The position numbers and the translations under genes are program-made. DNA of 64,000 bases from an uncultured virus (IMG/VR IMGVR_UViG_3300030450_003626) (Duplodnaviria > Heunggongvirae > Uroviricota > Caudoviricetes). Of this stretch, positions 36,473 to 45,506 are shown in pieces. Each line of letters opens with the position of its first letter. Within the stretch, counting starts at the first letter, position 1. The notes beneath the pieces were generated by a model that saw nothing but the letters and a program-made list of their open reading frames with translations, made no database searches and had not been told where the DNA came from. The stretch lies in IMG/VR virus record IMGVR_UViG_3300030450_003626. One strand, 5' to 3'.

Positions 36473-36514
36473 GTTGACAGTCACACTGTAGTGCCATAAT
36501 ATCCCATAGTCAAC
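36473..36514. promoter_or_regulatory. Overlapping bidirectional promoters in a GTTGAC-N30-GTCAAC cassette
   Basis: Plus TTGACA-17 bp-TAATAT; minus TTGACT-17 bp-TACAGT; between divergent genes. Confidence 0.7.
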
Positions 36515-36534
36515 AATAAATGAGGGAAATCGAC

Positions 36535-36957
36535 ATGCCAAACCATACGCAAAACACGTTAGAATTGACGGGAGAAAGTAACGCTGTGATGGCGTTTATT
36601 TACAACATGGGCAAGCATATGGATTTTGAGAAAGTTATCCCGCCGCCCGCCAACATGTTCCGCGAGAACCTTGGCCCTGATGCCAAGGAACGTTGCGCCC
36701 GTGAAGGTATCCCCACATGGTACGATTGGCAGATCGAAAACTGGGGAACTAAATGGAATGCATACGAAACGGAAAGGGTATCTGTTGAACAAATTACGCC
36801 CCGTTTAGTAACCGCAACCTATAGGTTTCTGACGGCGTGGGATGCGCCCCGACCTGTAATCGCGGCCATTATAAAACAGAACCCCGACATTGAAGTGTCG
36901 GGGGGATACGTTCATGAAGGGTATGAAGGTTGCGGGAGTTTTTACGGAATGACATAA
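36535..36957 (+). CDS. DUF1281/YubB-like protein
   Basis: MPNH..N, DFEKVIP.P, WYDWQIENWGTKWN and FLTAW.AP motifs. Confidence 0.7.
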   Translation: MPNHTQNTLELTGESNAVMAFIYNMGKHMDFEKVIPPPANMFRENLGPDAKERCAREGIPTWYDWQIENWGTKWNAYETERVSVEQITPRLVTATYRFLTAWDAPRPVIAAIIKQNPDIEVSGGYVHEGYEGCGSFYGMT

Positions 36958-36975
36958 CCCCATCGGGTCGGGGTC

Positions 36976-37003
36976 GGGGCGGTCTTCGGGCCGCCCTTTT
37001 TTT
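36976..37003 (+). terminator. Rho-independent terminator
   Basis: gggcggtc-ttcg-ggccgccc followed by T7. Confidence 0.75.
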
Positions 37004-37110
37004 ATGCTCGGTCGGGTCGGGGTCGGGCCTCGAGGCCTGCCGCCGGTCGCCCGCCAGGGGCCGAGGCCCCTGGTAGATGTATAGTCTACCAGGTTAACGG
37101 CCGGCGCCCC

Positions 37111-37350
37111 TCACAAGCGCCTCGCCGCGTCGAAACACTTCAGCCCGCCATAGATGGCGATAGCTGCGGCAAGTGTTAGAAGTGAAAACTGCACACGGTC
37201 GCTAGTCGTTGCCGTTTGCAACCAGCCGACATCTAAAAGCCAACACAATTGTGCGACCATTACAATTGCGCTGGGCAACGCCACCAGCCCACCTATAAAA
37301 CACAGTACTGTCCGCATGATTATCCCCTGTAATTGTCCATGCCACACCAT
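37111..37350 (-). CDS. Small two-helix membrane protein
   Basis: Two hydrophobic segments; start uncertain. Confidence 0.45.
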   Translation of the reverse strand: MVWHGQLQGIIMRTVLCFIGGLVALPSAIVMVAQLCWLLDVGWLQTATTSDRVQFSLLTLAAAIAIYGGLKCFDAARRL

Positions 37351-37460
37351 CCCATTTATTCACATTAAATGCAAATTAATTATGATTTAGGCTTGACGCA
37401 CCATGGGATATCGCGGTATAACACTTGTGTTATACGGAAACGAAACAAGGGAAATTAACA

Positions 37461-37781
37461 ATGACTTTTGAAACAGACTTGATCGAAGCGGTACAAAAAC
37501 AAAAACAAATCAAACAGTTGGGCAAAGATATCGACACATTTAAGAAAACTTACAGCCATCTGTTGAATGAAGAAAACCCTGTTGAGAAATTGCCAACGGG
37601 TGAAAAGTTTTCCTTCCGCGAAGGTGTGGGCGCAAAAGGCCCGCATGGGTCTTTGAAAGAGGCCGATGCTATTGCGTGGTTTCGCCAAGCAATCAAAGAC
37701 AAAAAGATTACGCGCCATCAATTCGAGAAATTGACTAAACCGCACAATGGACGCAAAGCGTCCTACATAATTTCAGGTTAA
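37461..37781 (+). CDS. Hypothetical early protein
   Basis: Preceded by TTGACG-18 bp-TATAAC and an AAGGGAAA leader. Confidence 0.6.
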   Translation: MTFETDLIEAVQKQKQIKQLGKDIDTFKKTYSHLLNEENPVEKLPTGEKFSFREGVGAKGPHGSLKEADAIAWFRQAIKDKKITRHQFEKLTKPHNGRKASYIISG

Positions 37782-37833
37782 TCGCAACTGGGCGCGGCAT
37801 CACGCCGCGCCCATTACTTCAAGGGAATATAAA

Positions 37834-38061
37834 ATGAGACGCTCGTCCTTCTTAAAAGTAAAACCAAAGACCAAGCCCATTACAAGGAAACAACGCGAGG
37901 CGCTTCTACGTCTCTACAATACGGTCAACTGGAACGCCAAACCCAAAACGTATTTGGCATTCCGCCGAACCGCCTATCATGACCACATCATGGGGTGTGT
38001 CGTCGTCCCTTGGGCGAACATGTGGATCGGGATTGAAGAGGACGGTCACACGCACAGCTAG
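37834..38061 (+). CDS. Conserved small phage protein
   Basis: Ends W..MWIGIEEDGHTHS; AAGGGAA leader. Confidence 0.6.
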   Translation: MRRSSFLKVKPKTKPITRKQREALLRLYNTVNWNAKPKTYLAFRRTAYHDHIMGCVVVPWANMWIGIEEDGHTHS

Positions 38062-38272
38062 TCGGGCTTAGGTACTTAGGGAGACGGTCGATTGATCGTC
38101 TCCCGACCGACCGTCGGGCTTCGGCCTGGCGGCCGCCCGACCGAGCGGAGCGAGGACGGAAGATAGTGTTCCGCGGATATAATTCAGTGTATCTGTCATT
38201 TAGGCCCCCCTATTGTTTTGAAACAAAATCGCCTACAATTTTTCACATATATAATTTCATTTGGAGATTGTC

Positions 38273-39733
38273 ATGTTGACGGCGTCTGATGAGGTTTTGC
38301 GTGAGATTCTTGCTTTGGAGCAGGCGCGCAATGTTTTGGAGATACGTGAGCGTGCCCAGGCTGACTTCATGGTTTTTGTTAAGCATGTTTACGATGGTTT
38401 CATTGAGGGGAGTCATCACAAGCAGGTAGCGAAGCAATTTGAAAAGTTGTCCGTGAACCGCGGTTCGAGGATCATTGTCAACATGCCGCCTCGTCATACG
38501 AAGAGTGAGTTTGCGAGTTATTTGTTACCGGCGTGGTTGATTGGGAAGAATCCTGCGTTGAAGATCATTCAGACGACGCACACGGCTGAGTTGGCTGTGA
38601 GGTTTGGTCGTAAGGTTCGTAACTTGATGGAGTTGGAGGTTTACAAGCAGATATTTCCTGACGTTGATTTGAAGGCGGATTCCAAGGCGGCGGGTCGTTG
38701 GGAGACGGGTCAGGGTGGCGAGTATTATGCGGCGGGTGTTGGTGGTGCGATCACGGGTCGCGGTGCTGATTTGTTAATTATTGATGATCCGCACTCGGAG
38801 CAGGATGCGTTATCTGAGACGGCTATGGAGAATGCGTATGAGTGGTACACATCTGGCCCTCGTCAGCGGTTACAGCCGGGTGGATCTATTGTTGTTGTAA
38901 TGACGCGTTGGTCTTTGAAGGATTTGACGGGGAAGCTGATTAAGGCGCAGGCCTCTGATGTGATGTCTGATCAGTGGGACATTGTTGAGTTTCCGGCGAT
39001 TTTGCCGAGCGGCAATTTGCTGTGGCCTGAGTTTTGGAAGAAGGATGAGTTGTTAAGGGTCAAGGCATCGTTGTCCTTGGGCAAGTGGAACGCGCAGTGG
39101 CAGCAGAACCCTGTTGCTGAAGAGGGTGCGATTATCAAGAAGGAGTGGTGGAACAAGTGGGAGAAGGAGTCGATACCGCCGGTTAGTTATATTATGCAGA
39201 GTTACGACACGGCGTTTAGCAAGAAGGAGACGGCGGATTATTCGGCCATTACAACGTGGGGTGTATTTCAGCCTCAAGAGGGTGGTCCTGACAACATTAT
39301 TTTGATGGATGCGAAGCGCGGCCGTTGGGATTTTCCGGAGTTGAAGGAGACGGCATTAGAGGAGTATAATTACTGGGAGCCTGACATGGTTTTGATTGAG
39401 GCGAAGGCTACTGGTACACCGCTCACGGACGAGTTGAGGCGGATAGGGATACCGGTTGTGAACTACACGCCGTCCAGGGGCAATGACAAGCACACGCGGA
39501 TGCACATGGTTGCGCCAATGTTTGAGTCTGGGCGTGTTTGGGCTCCGGAGAAGCGTTTTTCGGAGGATGTGATAGACGAGTGTGCGGCATTTCCGAATGG
39601 GGATCACGATGATTTTTGCGATTCGATGACGATGGCGCTTATTCGTTACCGCAAGGGTGGCTTTGTAAGCCTTGACACGGACGAAGAAGACGAAGAGGTT
39701 TCAAATGTGTTAGCTTTTCGTCAGTATTATTAG
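38273..39733 (+). CDS. terL: Terminase large subunit
   Basis: MPPRHTKS Walker A, GRGADLLIIDDP Walker B, MTRW, SYDTA and FPNGDHDDFCD nuclease motifs. Confidence 0.95.
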   Translation: MLTASDEVLREILALEQARNVLEIRERAQADFMVFVKHVYDGFIEGSHHKQVAKQFEKLSVNRGSRIIVNMPPRHTKSEFASYLLPAWLIGKNPALKIIQTTHTAELAVRFGRKVRNLMELEVYKQIFPDVDLKADSKAAGRWETGQGGEYYAAGVGGAITGRGADLLIIDDPHSEQDALSETAMENAYEWYTSGPRQRLQPGGSIVVVMTRWSLKDLTGKLIKAQASDVMSDQWDIVEFPAILPSGNLLWPEFWKKDELLRVKASLSLGKWNAQWQQNPVAEEGAIIKKEWWNKWEKESIPPVSYIMQSYDTAFSKKETADYSAITTWGVFQPQEGGPDNIILMDAKRGRWDFPELKETALEEYNYWEPDMVLIEAKATGTPLTDELRRIGIPVVNYTPSRGNDKHTRMHMVAPMFESGRVWAPEKRFSEDVIDECAAFPNGDHDDFCDSMTMALIRYRKGGFVSLDTDEEDEEVSNVLAFRQYY

Positions 39734-39757
39734 GTATAACAATTAGGAGTCTGTCCA

Positions 39758-39919
39758 ATGGAATGGATTAAGGAACGGATGCAGGAGCCCTCGAGTTACG
39801 CTGCCTTGGGTGGTGTGATCGTTGGTGTAGGTGTTTTGGTTTCTCAGCCGATTGTTATCGTTGTTGGTATGGTTGGCGGCGCCGTTGGCTTTTTGTTGAA
39901 AGAAAAAGGCGTTATTTAA
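39758..39919 (+). CDS. Small two-TM membrane protein (holin-like, 53 aa)
   Basis: Read manually: MEWIKERMQEPSSYAALGGVIVGVGVLVSQPIVIVVGMVGGAVGFLLKEKGVI; AGGAG RBS. Confidence 0.6.
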   Translation: MEWIKERMQEPSSYAALGGVIVGVGVLVSQPIVIVVGMVGGAVGFLLKEKGVI

Positions 39920-39940
39920 GTCTGTGTACGGGGCGGAGCC

Positions 39941-40108
39941 ATGCCGGATGGAAGTAATGTTTCTGTAATAGACTTATTTAACGCGGGGTGGCCCGTCCTG
40001 GTTGCTGTTGTTGGCTTGATTATAGTGTTAGCCAAGATGCATGGTGATCTGGAAGTGTTGAAAGACAAGGTTAAGGTCTTGTTTGAGTTGTGGAACGAGA
40101 AGAAATGA
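39941..40108 (+). CDS. Small single-TM protein (55 aa)
   Basis: Read manually: WPVLVAVVGLIIVLAKMH...LKDKVKVLFEL; GGAG RBS. Confidence 0.55.
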   Translation: MPDGSNVSVIDLFNAGWPVLVAVVGLIIVLAKMHGDLEVLKDKVKVLFELWNEKK

Positions 40109-40410
40109 CACAAAAGAAGCTTGAAAGGGACAGTCGTTATCAAGATTTGGACCTTGACGGCGACGGTGTTGTGTCGGACTCGGAACTGGCGGCTCTTGAA
40201 GCCATTGAAAAGGCCGAAAAGATGGATGCCCAGCGTCATATGGCGTGGTGCGCTCTTGCGATCATGGCCGGAATGACCGGTCTTTTGTTTTTTGTGGTGA
40301 GCGAGAGTAGATTGAAGTCTATAAGCGACCTTTTGGGGCTCGCATACATAGCTTTTTCTGGAGTTACATGCGCTTATATGGGAATGAGCGCATATATGAG
40401 CCGAAAATGA
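40105..40410 (+). CDS. Membrane protein with an EF-hand-like loop
   Basis: DLDGDGVVSDSE followed by two TM helices. Confidence 0.6.
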   Translation: MTQKKLERDSRYQDLDLDGDGVVSDSELAALEAIEKAEKMDAQRHMAWCALAIMAGMTGLLFFVVSESRLKSISDLLGLAYIAFSGVTCAYMGMSAYMSRK

Positions 40411-40429
40411 TCCTTTGGGGTAAAATTCG

Positions 40430-40909
40430 ATGATTATGTCGTTGCTAGGGACGGCATTAGGCTTTGGAACATCGATAATTCCAGAGGTTTTAGGGTATTT
40501 TAAGCAAAAGCAGGCGAACGAGCAGGAAATTTCGCTGTTAGAGGCGAAAGCCAAGTACGCGGACAAGCTTTCAGAGTTAAAAATAAAGGAATTGGACGCC
40601 GAGGCGGATATTGCCGAGGCAAAAGGGATATATGAGCATGACAGGTCTATTGACGCTGGAGGTTTTGTCAACGCTCTCCGGGGTTCTGTTCGCCCTGTCC
40701 TTACTTACGCCTTCTTTTTGCTGTTTGCGACGATCAAGGGCGTCACACTGTACAGTATGGTGAATACGCAGGGCATGGACCTGTCTGCGGGCCTAGTTGC
40801 TATCTGGGACCCGGAAACTTCTGTTATATTCTCTTCAATAATCGCATTTTGGTTTGGTTCTCGCAGCATGAGCAAAGCGCGTGCGTGGCAAGCCGAGAAA
40901 GGTAAGTAA
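40430..40909 (+). CDS. 3-TM holin (GTA-type holin family)
   Basis: SVRPVLTY and IIAFWFGSR motifs. Confidence 0.75.
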   Translation: MIMSLLGTALGFGTSIIPEVLGYFKQKQANEQEISLLEAKAKYADKLSELKIKELDAEADIAEAKGIYEHDRSIDAGGFVNALRGSVRPVLTYAFFLLFATIKGVTLYSMVNTQGMDLSAGLVAIWDPETSVIFSSIIAFWFGSRSMSKARAWQAEKGK

Positions 40910-40912
40910 ACC

Positions 40913-43345
40913 ATGGCCGATGAACCAGTTTCCTTGATCGATAGTGGGATGCCTTCACAGGGTATGCCGTTGGGTGGCTTGTCGGAGGAAGAAATTGAGG
41001 TTGAGGAGGTCGAAGAGCCTACCGACATTGAGGAACAGGAAGACGGCTCTGTTATCCTGAACTTTGAACAGATGATTCAGGAGCAGTTGCAGGCTGAACC
41101 GGACGCTAATCTAGCCGAAGTTTTGGATGAGCGCGTTCTGATGGACATAGCTTCAGAGCTCACGGGCTATTATGAGGATGACAAGGCCGGCCGTCAGGAG
41201 TGGGAGGACGCCTACACGGAGGGGTTGGATCTCCTAGGCATTAAGTACGAGAGTCGCGAGGAGCCGTTCCGCGGGTCCAGCGGCGTCACGCATCCTGTTA
41301 TTGCGGAAGCGGTCACACAGTTCCAGGCGCAAGCCTACAAGGAACTGTTGCCTAGTTCTGGGCCTGTTCGCACCCAAGTTGTTGGCGCGTCAAATCCGGA
41401 GGTAGAAAATCAGGCGCAGCGTGTTCAGGAGTTCATGAACTACCAAATTATGAATGTCATGGACGAATACGACCCGGAGATGGACCGTTTGCTGTTTTAT
41501 CTGCCGTTGGCGGGTAGCGCGTTTAAAAAAGTCTACTTTGACGATATTTTGGACAGGGCAGTTTCTCGCTTTGTACCGGCTGACGACCTTTTGGTTCCGT
41601 ATAACGCGGCCGATTTATCTTCGGCGTCACGCATCACTCACGTTATCCGCATGAACACGAACGATGTTCGCAAGTTTCAAGCGGCAGGATTTTACCGTGA
41701 CGTTGATATCATGGCGTATGAGGAGGACGACGAGGTTCGCGAGAAGGAGCGCGAACTTGTAGGGATAGAGCGGACGGGCGCCGATGAGCAGGATTGCACG
41801 TTGCTCGAGATTCACACGGATTTGGACCTACCGGGGTTCGAGCATGTTAGCCCATTGGACGGCGAAGCGACGGGCATTAAGCTTCCTTACATCGTTACGA
41901 TAGACGAGGGCAGTTCAAAGGTTCTTTCCGTTCGTCGCAACTGGGTTGAGGGCGACGAGTACTACAAGAAGCTTCAGTACTTCACCCATTACAAGTTCCT
42001 GCCTGGTCTGGGCTTCTATGGGTTTGGTTTGCTCCACATGATTGGCGGGTTGGGCCGGTCAGCGACTTCAATTTTGAGGCAGTTAATTGATGCAGGCACT
42101 CTCGCAAATCTTCCTGCTGGTTTTAAAGCTCGTGGGATTCGTATTCGTGATTCTGATGAGCCTCTTTCTCCTGGTGAGTTTCGCGATATCGACGTACCTG
42201 GTGGCGCCCTTAGAGAAAGCATCATGCCACTTCCGTACAAGGAGCCTAGCCAAACACTGATGTCGCTGCTGGGCTTTGTGGTACAGGCTGGACAGCGGTT
42301 CGCGGCCATTGCCGACATGCAGGTTGGTGACGGTAACCAGCAGGCGGCGGTAGGGACGACCGTTGCACTTCTGGAACGTGGATCAAAGGTAATGTCTGCG
42401 ATCCACAAGCGACTGCATTACGCGCAGAAGCAAGAATTTAAGATGTTGTCCCGTGTGTTCGCGGAATCTCTTCCGCCGATGTATCCCTACAACGTATATG
42501 GAGCCGAAACATCTATAAAGCAGGCGGATTTTGATAATCGTGTCGATGTTATACCCGTATCTGATCCTAATATCTTCTCCATGTCCCAGCGGTTGGCGTT
42601 GGCGCAAACACAGTTGCAGTTGGCGCAAGCCAGCCCGGAAATGCATAATCTTTATGAAGCGTATCGCAGGATGTACGAAGCGATTGGCGTTCATAACATT
42701 GAAGCGTTGCTTCCGGCGCCGCAACCGCCTCAACCTGTAGACCCCGGCGTTGAGAACGCAACTGCACTAACCCTGAAACCGTTGCAGGCTTTCCCCGGCC
42801 AAAACCATGACGCGCACATTATGACGCACATTGCGTTTATGAAAACGCCGATGGTAATGACGGCGCCGCCTGCTCAAGCGATGTTGCAATCACATTTGAG
42901 CGAACATATCGCTCTGAAGGCACGGCAAGAGGTTGAAATGCAGATGCAGCAGGTTCAGATGCAGGCCATGCAGGTGCAGCAGGCTATTCAAATGGGTCAA
43001 ATCTCACCAGAGATGGCTCCTCCGATGCCACAGATGGGCGATCCAGAGTCCATGGTCGCTGAATTGATTGCTCAGTACACGCAGGAAGTGATGGCGATGC
43101 TGATGCCCCCGGAGCAGGAGGATCCGCTGGTGGAACTTCGCTCTAAGGAACTGGACATCAAGGCTTCCGACATACAGCGTAAGGCTGAAGAGTTTGATCA
43201 GCGTCTGCTGTTTGATGTTGCGAAGGAGAAGACCAAGGAAGAGTTGGCCGCAGACAAGATTGACTCGCAAGAGGACATTGCCCTGTTGCGGGCGGAGGTT
43301 AATCGTGAGCGCATTGAGCAAGGCGCCGCAGGAAGAGGGAATTAA
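40913..43345 (+). CDS. Portal protein
   Basis: 810 aa after terL; HPVIAEAV..FQA, GSAFKKVY, GFYGFG and RQLIDAGTL motifs; Gln/Pro-rich tail. Confidence 0.9.
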   Translation: MADEPVSLIDSGMPSQGMPLGGLSEEEIEVEEVEEPTDIEEQEDGSVILNFEQMIQEQLQAEPDANLAEVLDERVLMDIASELTGYYEDDKAGRQEWEDAYTEGLDLLGIKYESREEPFRGSSGVTHPVIAEAVTQFQAQAYKELLPSSGPVRTQVVGASNPEVENQAQRVQEFMNYQIMNVMDEYDPEMDRLLFYLPLAGSAFKKVYFDDILDRAVSRFVPADDLLVPYNAADLSSASRITHVIRMNTNDVRKFQAAGFYRDVDIMAYEEDDEVREKERELVGIERTGADEQDCTLLEIHTDLDLPGFEHVSPLDGEATGIKLPYIVTIDEGSSKVLSVRRNWVEGDEYYKKLQYFTHYKFLPGLGFYGFGLLHMIGGLGRSATSILRQLIDAGTLANLPAGFKARGIRIRDSDEPLSPGEFRDIDVPGGALRESIMPLPYKEPSQTLMSLLGFVVQAGQRFAAIADMQVGDGNQQAAVGTTVALLERGSKVMSAIHKRLHYAQKQEFKMLSRVFAESLPPMYPYNVYGAETSIKQADFDNRVDVIPVSDPNIFSMSQRLALAQTQLQLAQASPEMHNLYEAYRRMYEAIGVHNIEALLPAPQPPQPVDPGVENATALTLKPLQAFPGQNHDAHIMTHIAFMKTPMVMTAPPAQAMLQSHLSEHIALKARQEVEMQMQQVQMQAMQVQQAIQMGQISPEMAPPMPQMGDPESMVAELIAQYTQEVMAMLMPPEQEDPLVELRSKELDIKASDIQRKAEEFDQRLLFDVAKEKTKEELAADKIDSQEDIALLRAEVNRERIEQGAAGRGN

Positions 43346-43551
43346 TGGCCATTTCCCGCGCCCAGACTTCCAAGCAGCTGACCGGCGGAAAGCGCATGCG
43401 CAAGGCCAAGCGCAAGAGTAAAATCCGGAAGGTGCTAAAAGAACATAAAGAGGGTAAGTTGCGGAGTGGAAGCAAGAAGGGTCCGAAGGTTAAGAGTAGG
43501 AAGCAGGCTATTGCGATAGCTTTGTCGGAGTCTGAAAAAAGGAAAGCGTAA
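43345..43551 (+). CDS. Small basic protein (DUF6496-like)
   Basis: KVLKEHKEGKLRSG...VKSRKQAIAIALSE. Confidence 0.65.
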   Translation: MAISRAQTSKQLTGGKRMRKAKRKSKIRKVLKEHKEGKLRSGSKKGPKVKSRKQAIAIALSESEKRKA

Positions 43552-43552
43552 T

Positions 43553-43732
43553 ATGGCGAAGGGTATGGCGCATTACTACAAGGACGGTACTAAACATACC
43601 GGTGGCACGCATAAGATGCCCAACGGCGATTTGCATTCTGGCGCGAAGCACACGAAAAACAGCAAAAAACTGTATCATTACAGTGAATTACCGTCTGCTG
43701 CCGCTAAGAAAAAAGCGCGGAAGAAAGCGTAA
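43553..43732 (+). CDS. Small basic His-rich protein (59 aa)
   Basis: Read manually: HYYKDGTKHTGGTHKMPNGDLHSGAKH. Confidence 0.6.
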   Translation: MAKGMAHYYKDGTKHTGGTHKMPNGDLHSGAKHTKNSKKLYHYSELPSAAAKKKARKKA

Positions 43733-43750
43733 TGTTTCACGTGAAACAAA

Positions 43751-44044
43751 ATGGCTAGAAAAGAGAAGCCCATCCGCCGCACCACCAAGGGCAAAGGTGC
43801 GAACTATCGCAAGACCAGCAAGGGTGCTGGGATGACGAAGAAGGGCGTAGAGGCGTATCGCAAGAAGAATCCTGGCTCTAAACTAAAGACGGCCGTTACG
43901 GGTAAAGTTAAAAAGGGTAGCGCTGCGGCGAAAAGGCGGAAGTCTTATTGCGCTAGGTCGGCCGGTCAGATGAAGAAGTTTCCGAAGGCGGCGAAGAATC
44001 CAAAAAGCCGTTTAAGACAGGCTCGTAAAAGGTGGAGATGTTAA
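43751..44044 (+). CDS. Small basic phage protein
   Basis: GAGMTKKG..AYR..NPGSKLK...RRKSYCARS...RWRC. Confidence 0.7.
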   Translation: MARKEKPIRRTTKGKGANYRKTSKGAGMTKKGVEAYRKKNPGSKLKTAVTGKVKKGSAAAKRRKSYCARSAGQMKKFPKAAKNPKSRLRQARKRWRC

Positions 44045-44449
44045 ATGTCCTTGGTAGAAAACATTAATAGGCGTAAAAAGGCTGGAACGTCGCGTTCTAA
44101 GAGTAAAAGCACCGTCAGTGATAAGGCTTATGCAGAAATGAAAGCTGGGTATCGAGATGGTGGCATGGTTGACCAGATGTCTGACCAGATGGGCATCACA
44201 GAACAGGAAGCAGGTGGTCTTATGCGTAGAGCCAGTATGATGAATGACATGAGTGGGGTACCCGGCATGGGTGGCTTTGAGATGAACCGCGGCATGGGCG
44301 GAACGGTCATGGTTGTACGCCTTGGGCGGATGTCCCCGATGCGGTATCGTCCAGAAGAGCGTGACGAGGACAGTTCTTTGATTAAAAGCACGGAGAACCA
44401 GGTTCGCGCTCGTCACTTCAACAACAACGGCGGAAAGGGGACTTTCTAA
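44045..44449 (+). CDS. Hypothetical protein
   Basis: In the late operon; YRDGGMV motif. Confidence 0.55.
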   Translation: MSLVENINRRKKAGTSRSKSKSTVSDKAYAEMKAGYRDGGMVDQMSDQMGITEQEAGGLMRRASMMNDMSGVPGMGGFEMNRGMGGTVMVVRLGRMSPMRYRPEERDEDSSLIKSTENQVRARHFNNNGGKGTF

Positions 44450-44817
44450 TGCCTATGAAAGATGGAAAGCCTATTCCGTATCAGGACGGTGGGGGCGCGA
44501 AAGCGAAAGAGGAGGTGGTCAAGGATAAAAAATCCCCCACTTTGGAAGAGATGCTGAAAGCTGTCCAGAGTGTTCACGGCGTCAGTGAAAACACCGCCGC
44601 TTCCCTCATAAGTGATCCTGAAGCTTTGAAAAGATCCTACGACGCAGCCATGGAGAAATTGGGCGAAATGGATAGCCTTACAGGGCGAAACATGGGCGGT
44701 GTAGTCCAAGACGAACTTGGCTACATGGGCGGTGGCGTAAGCTACAGTGACCGCGGCCCCATCAAGTATTCCAAGGGCGGCGCGGTAAAGGGTAAAAACT
44801 TTAAGGGGTCTTTCTAA
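44449..44817 (+). CDS. Hypothetical protein
   Basis: Coupled ORF with repeated Y..GG.V motifs. Confidence 0.55.
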   Translation: MPMKDGKPIPYQDGGGAKAKEEVVKDKKSPTLEEMLKAVQSVHGVSENTAASLISDPEALKRSYDAAMEKLGEMDSLTGRNMGGVVQDELGYMGGGVSYSDRGPIKYSKGGAVKGKNFKGSF

Positions 44818-44820
44818 AAC

Positions 44821-45015
44821 ATGGCTGACCCAACGACTTTCGCTTACAACCTGTTACGAGCAATTGAAAGTCGCATAGAACTTACACAGGATGCGATCCT
44901 GCACGGCGCTCCAAAAGACATGGAGTCTTACCAAAAACTTGTTGGAGAGCTCGAAGGCTTAGAATTTAGTCAACGGGAGATAAAGGATCTCCTGCAAACC
45001 ACGGAGGAAGAATGA
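44821..45015 (+). CDS. Conserved small protein preceding GroES
   Basis: DMESYQKLVGELEGL pattern. Confidence 0.65.
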   Translation: MADPTTFAYNLLRAIESRIELTQDAILHGAPKDMESYQKLVGELEGLEFSQREIKDLLQTTEEE

Positions 45016-45485
45016 GCAAAACCCTATACGTTCCAGACCACGTTATAGCGGAGCAGAAAGCCACCAAAGAGAAAGTTCTCGCGTCTGCCTATGTTAATAA
45101 AGACGAGAAAGTCCTAGACCCTTCTCTTGTAAGCAAGAAGATGAGGGACCGACTCCCGCAACCTACGGGATGGCGTCTTTTGGTGATGCCGTACATGGGC
45201 AAGGCTACTACGGACGGAGGAATCCATATTCCTGACGCCGTTCGAGACCGAGAAGCCTTGGCGACAGTAGTCGCGTATGTCTTGAAGGTCGGCAAGCTGG
45301 CTTACCAAGACTCTTCAAAATTCGGTGAGGAGAACGACCGCAATTGGTGTAACGAAGGCGATTGGGTATGCATCGGCAGGTATGCCGGGGCTCGTTTTAA
45401 GATTGATGGCGGAGAGGTCCGTATCATCAATGATGACGAGGTCATAGCAACCATTCTTGAGCCAGACGACATCAAACACATCTAG
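45012..45485 (+). CDS. groES: GroES-like co-chaperonin
   Basis: PTGWRLLV, TDGGIHIP mobile loop, VLKVG, GDWV..RYAG and RIINDDEVIA motifs. Confidence 0.9.
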   Translation: MSKTLYVPDHVIAEQKATKEKVLASAYVNKDEKVLDPSLVSKKMRDRLPQPTGWRLLVMPYMGKATTDGGIHIPDAVRDREALATVVAYVLKVGKLAYQDSSKFGEENDRNWCNEGDWVCIGRYAGARFKIDGGEVRIINDDEVIATILEPDDIKHI

Positions 45486-45506
45486 AAAGAAACATGGAGA
45501 ACGACC

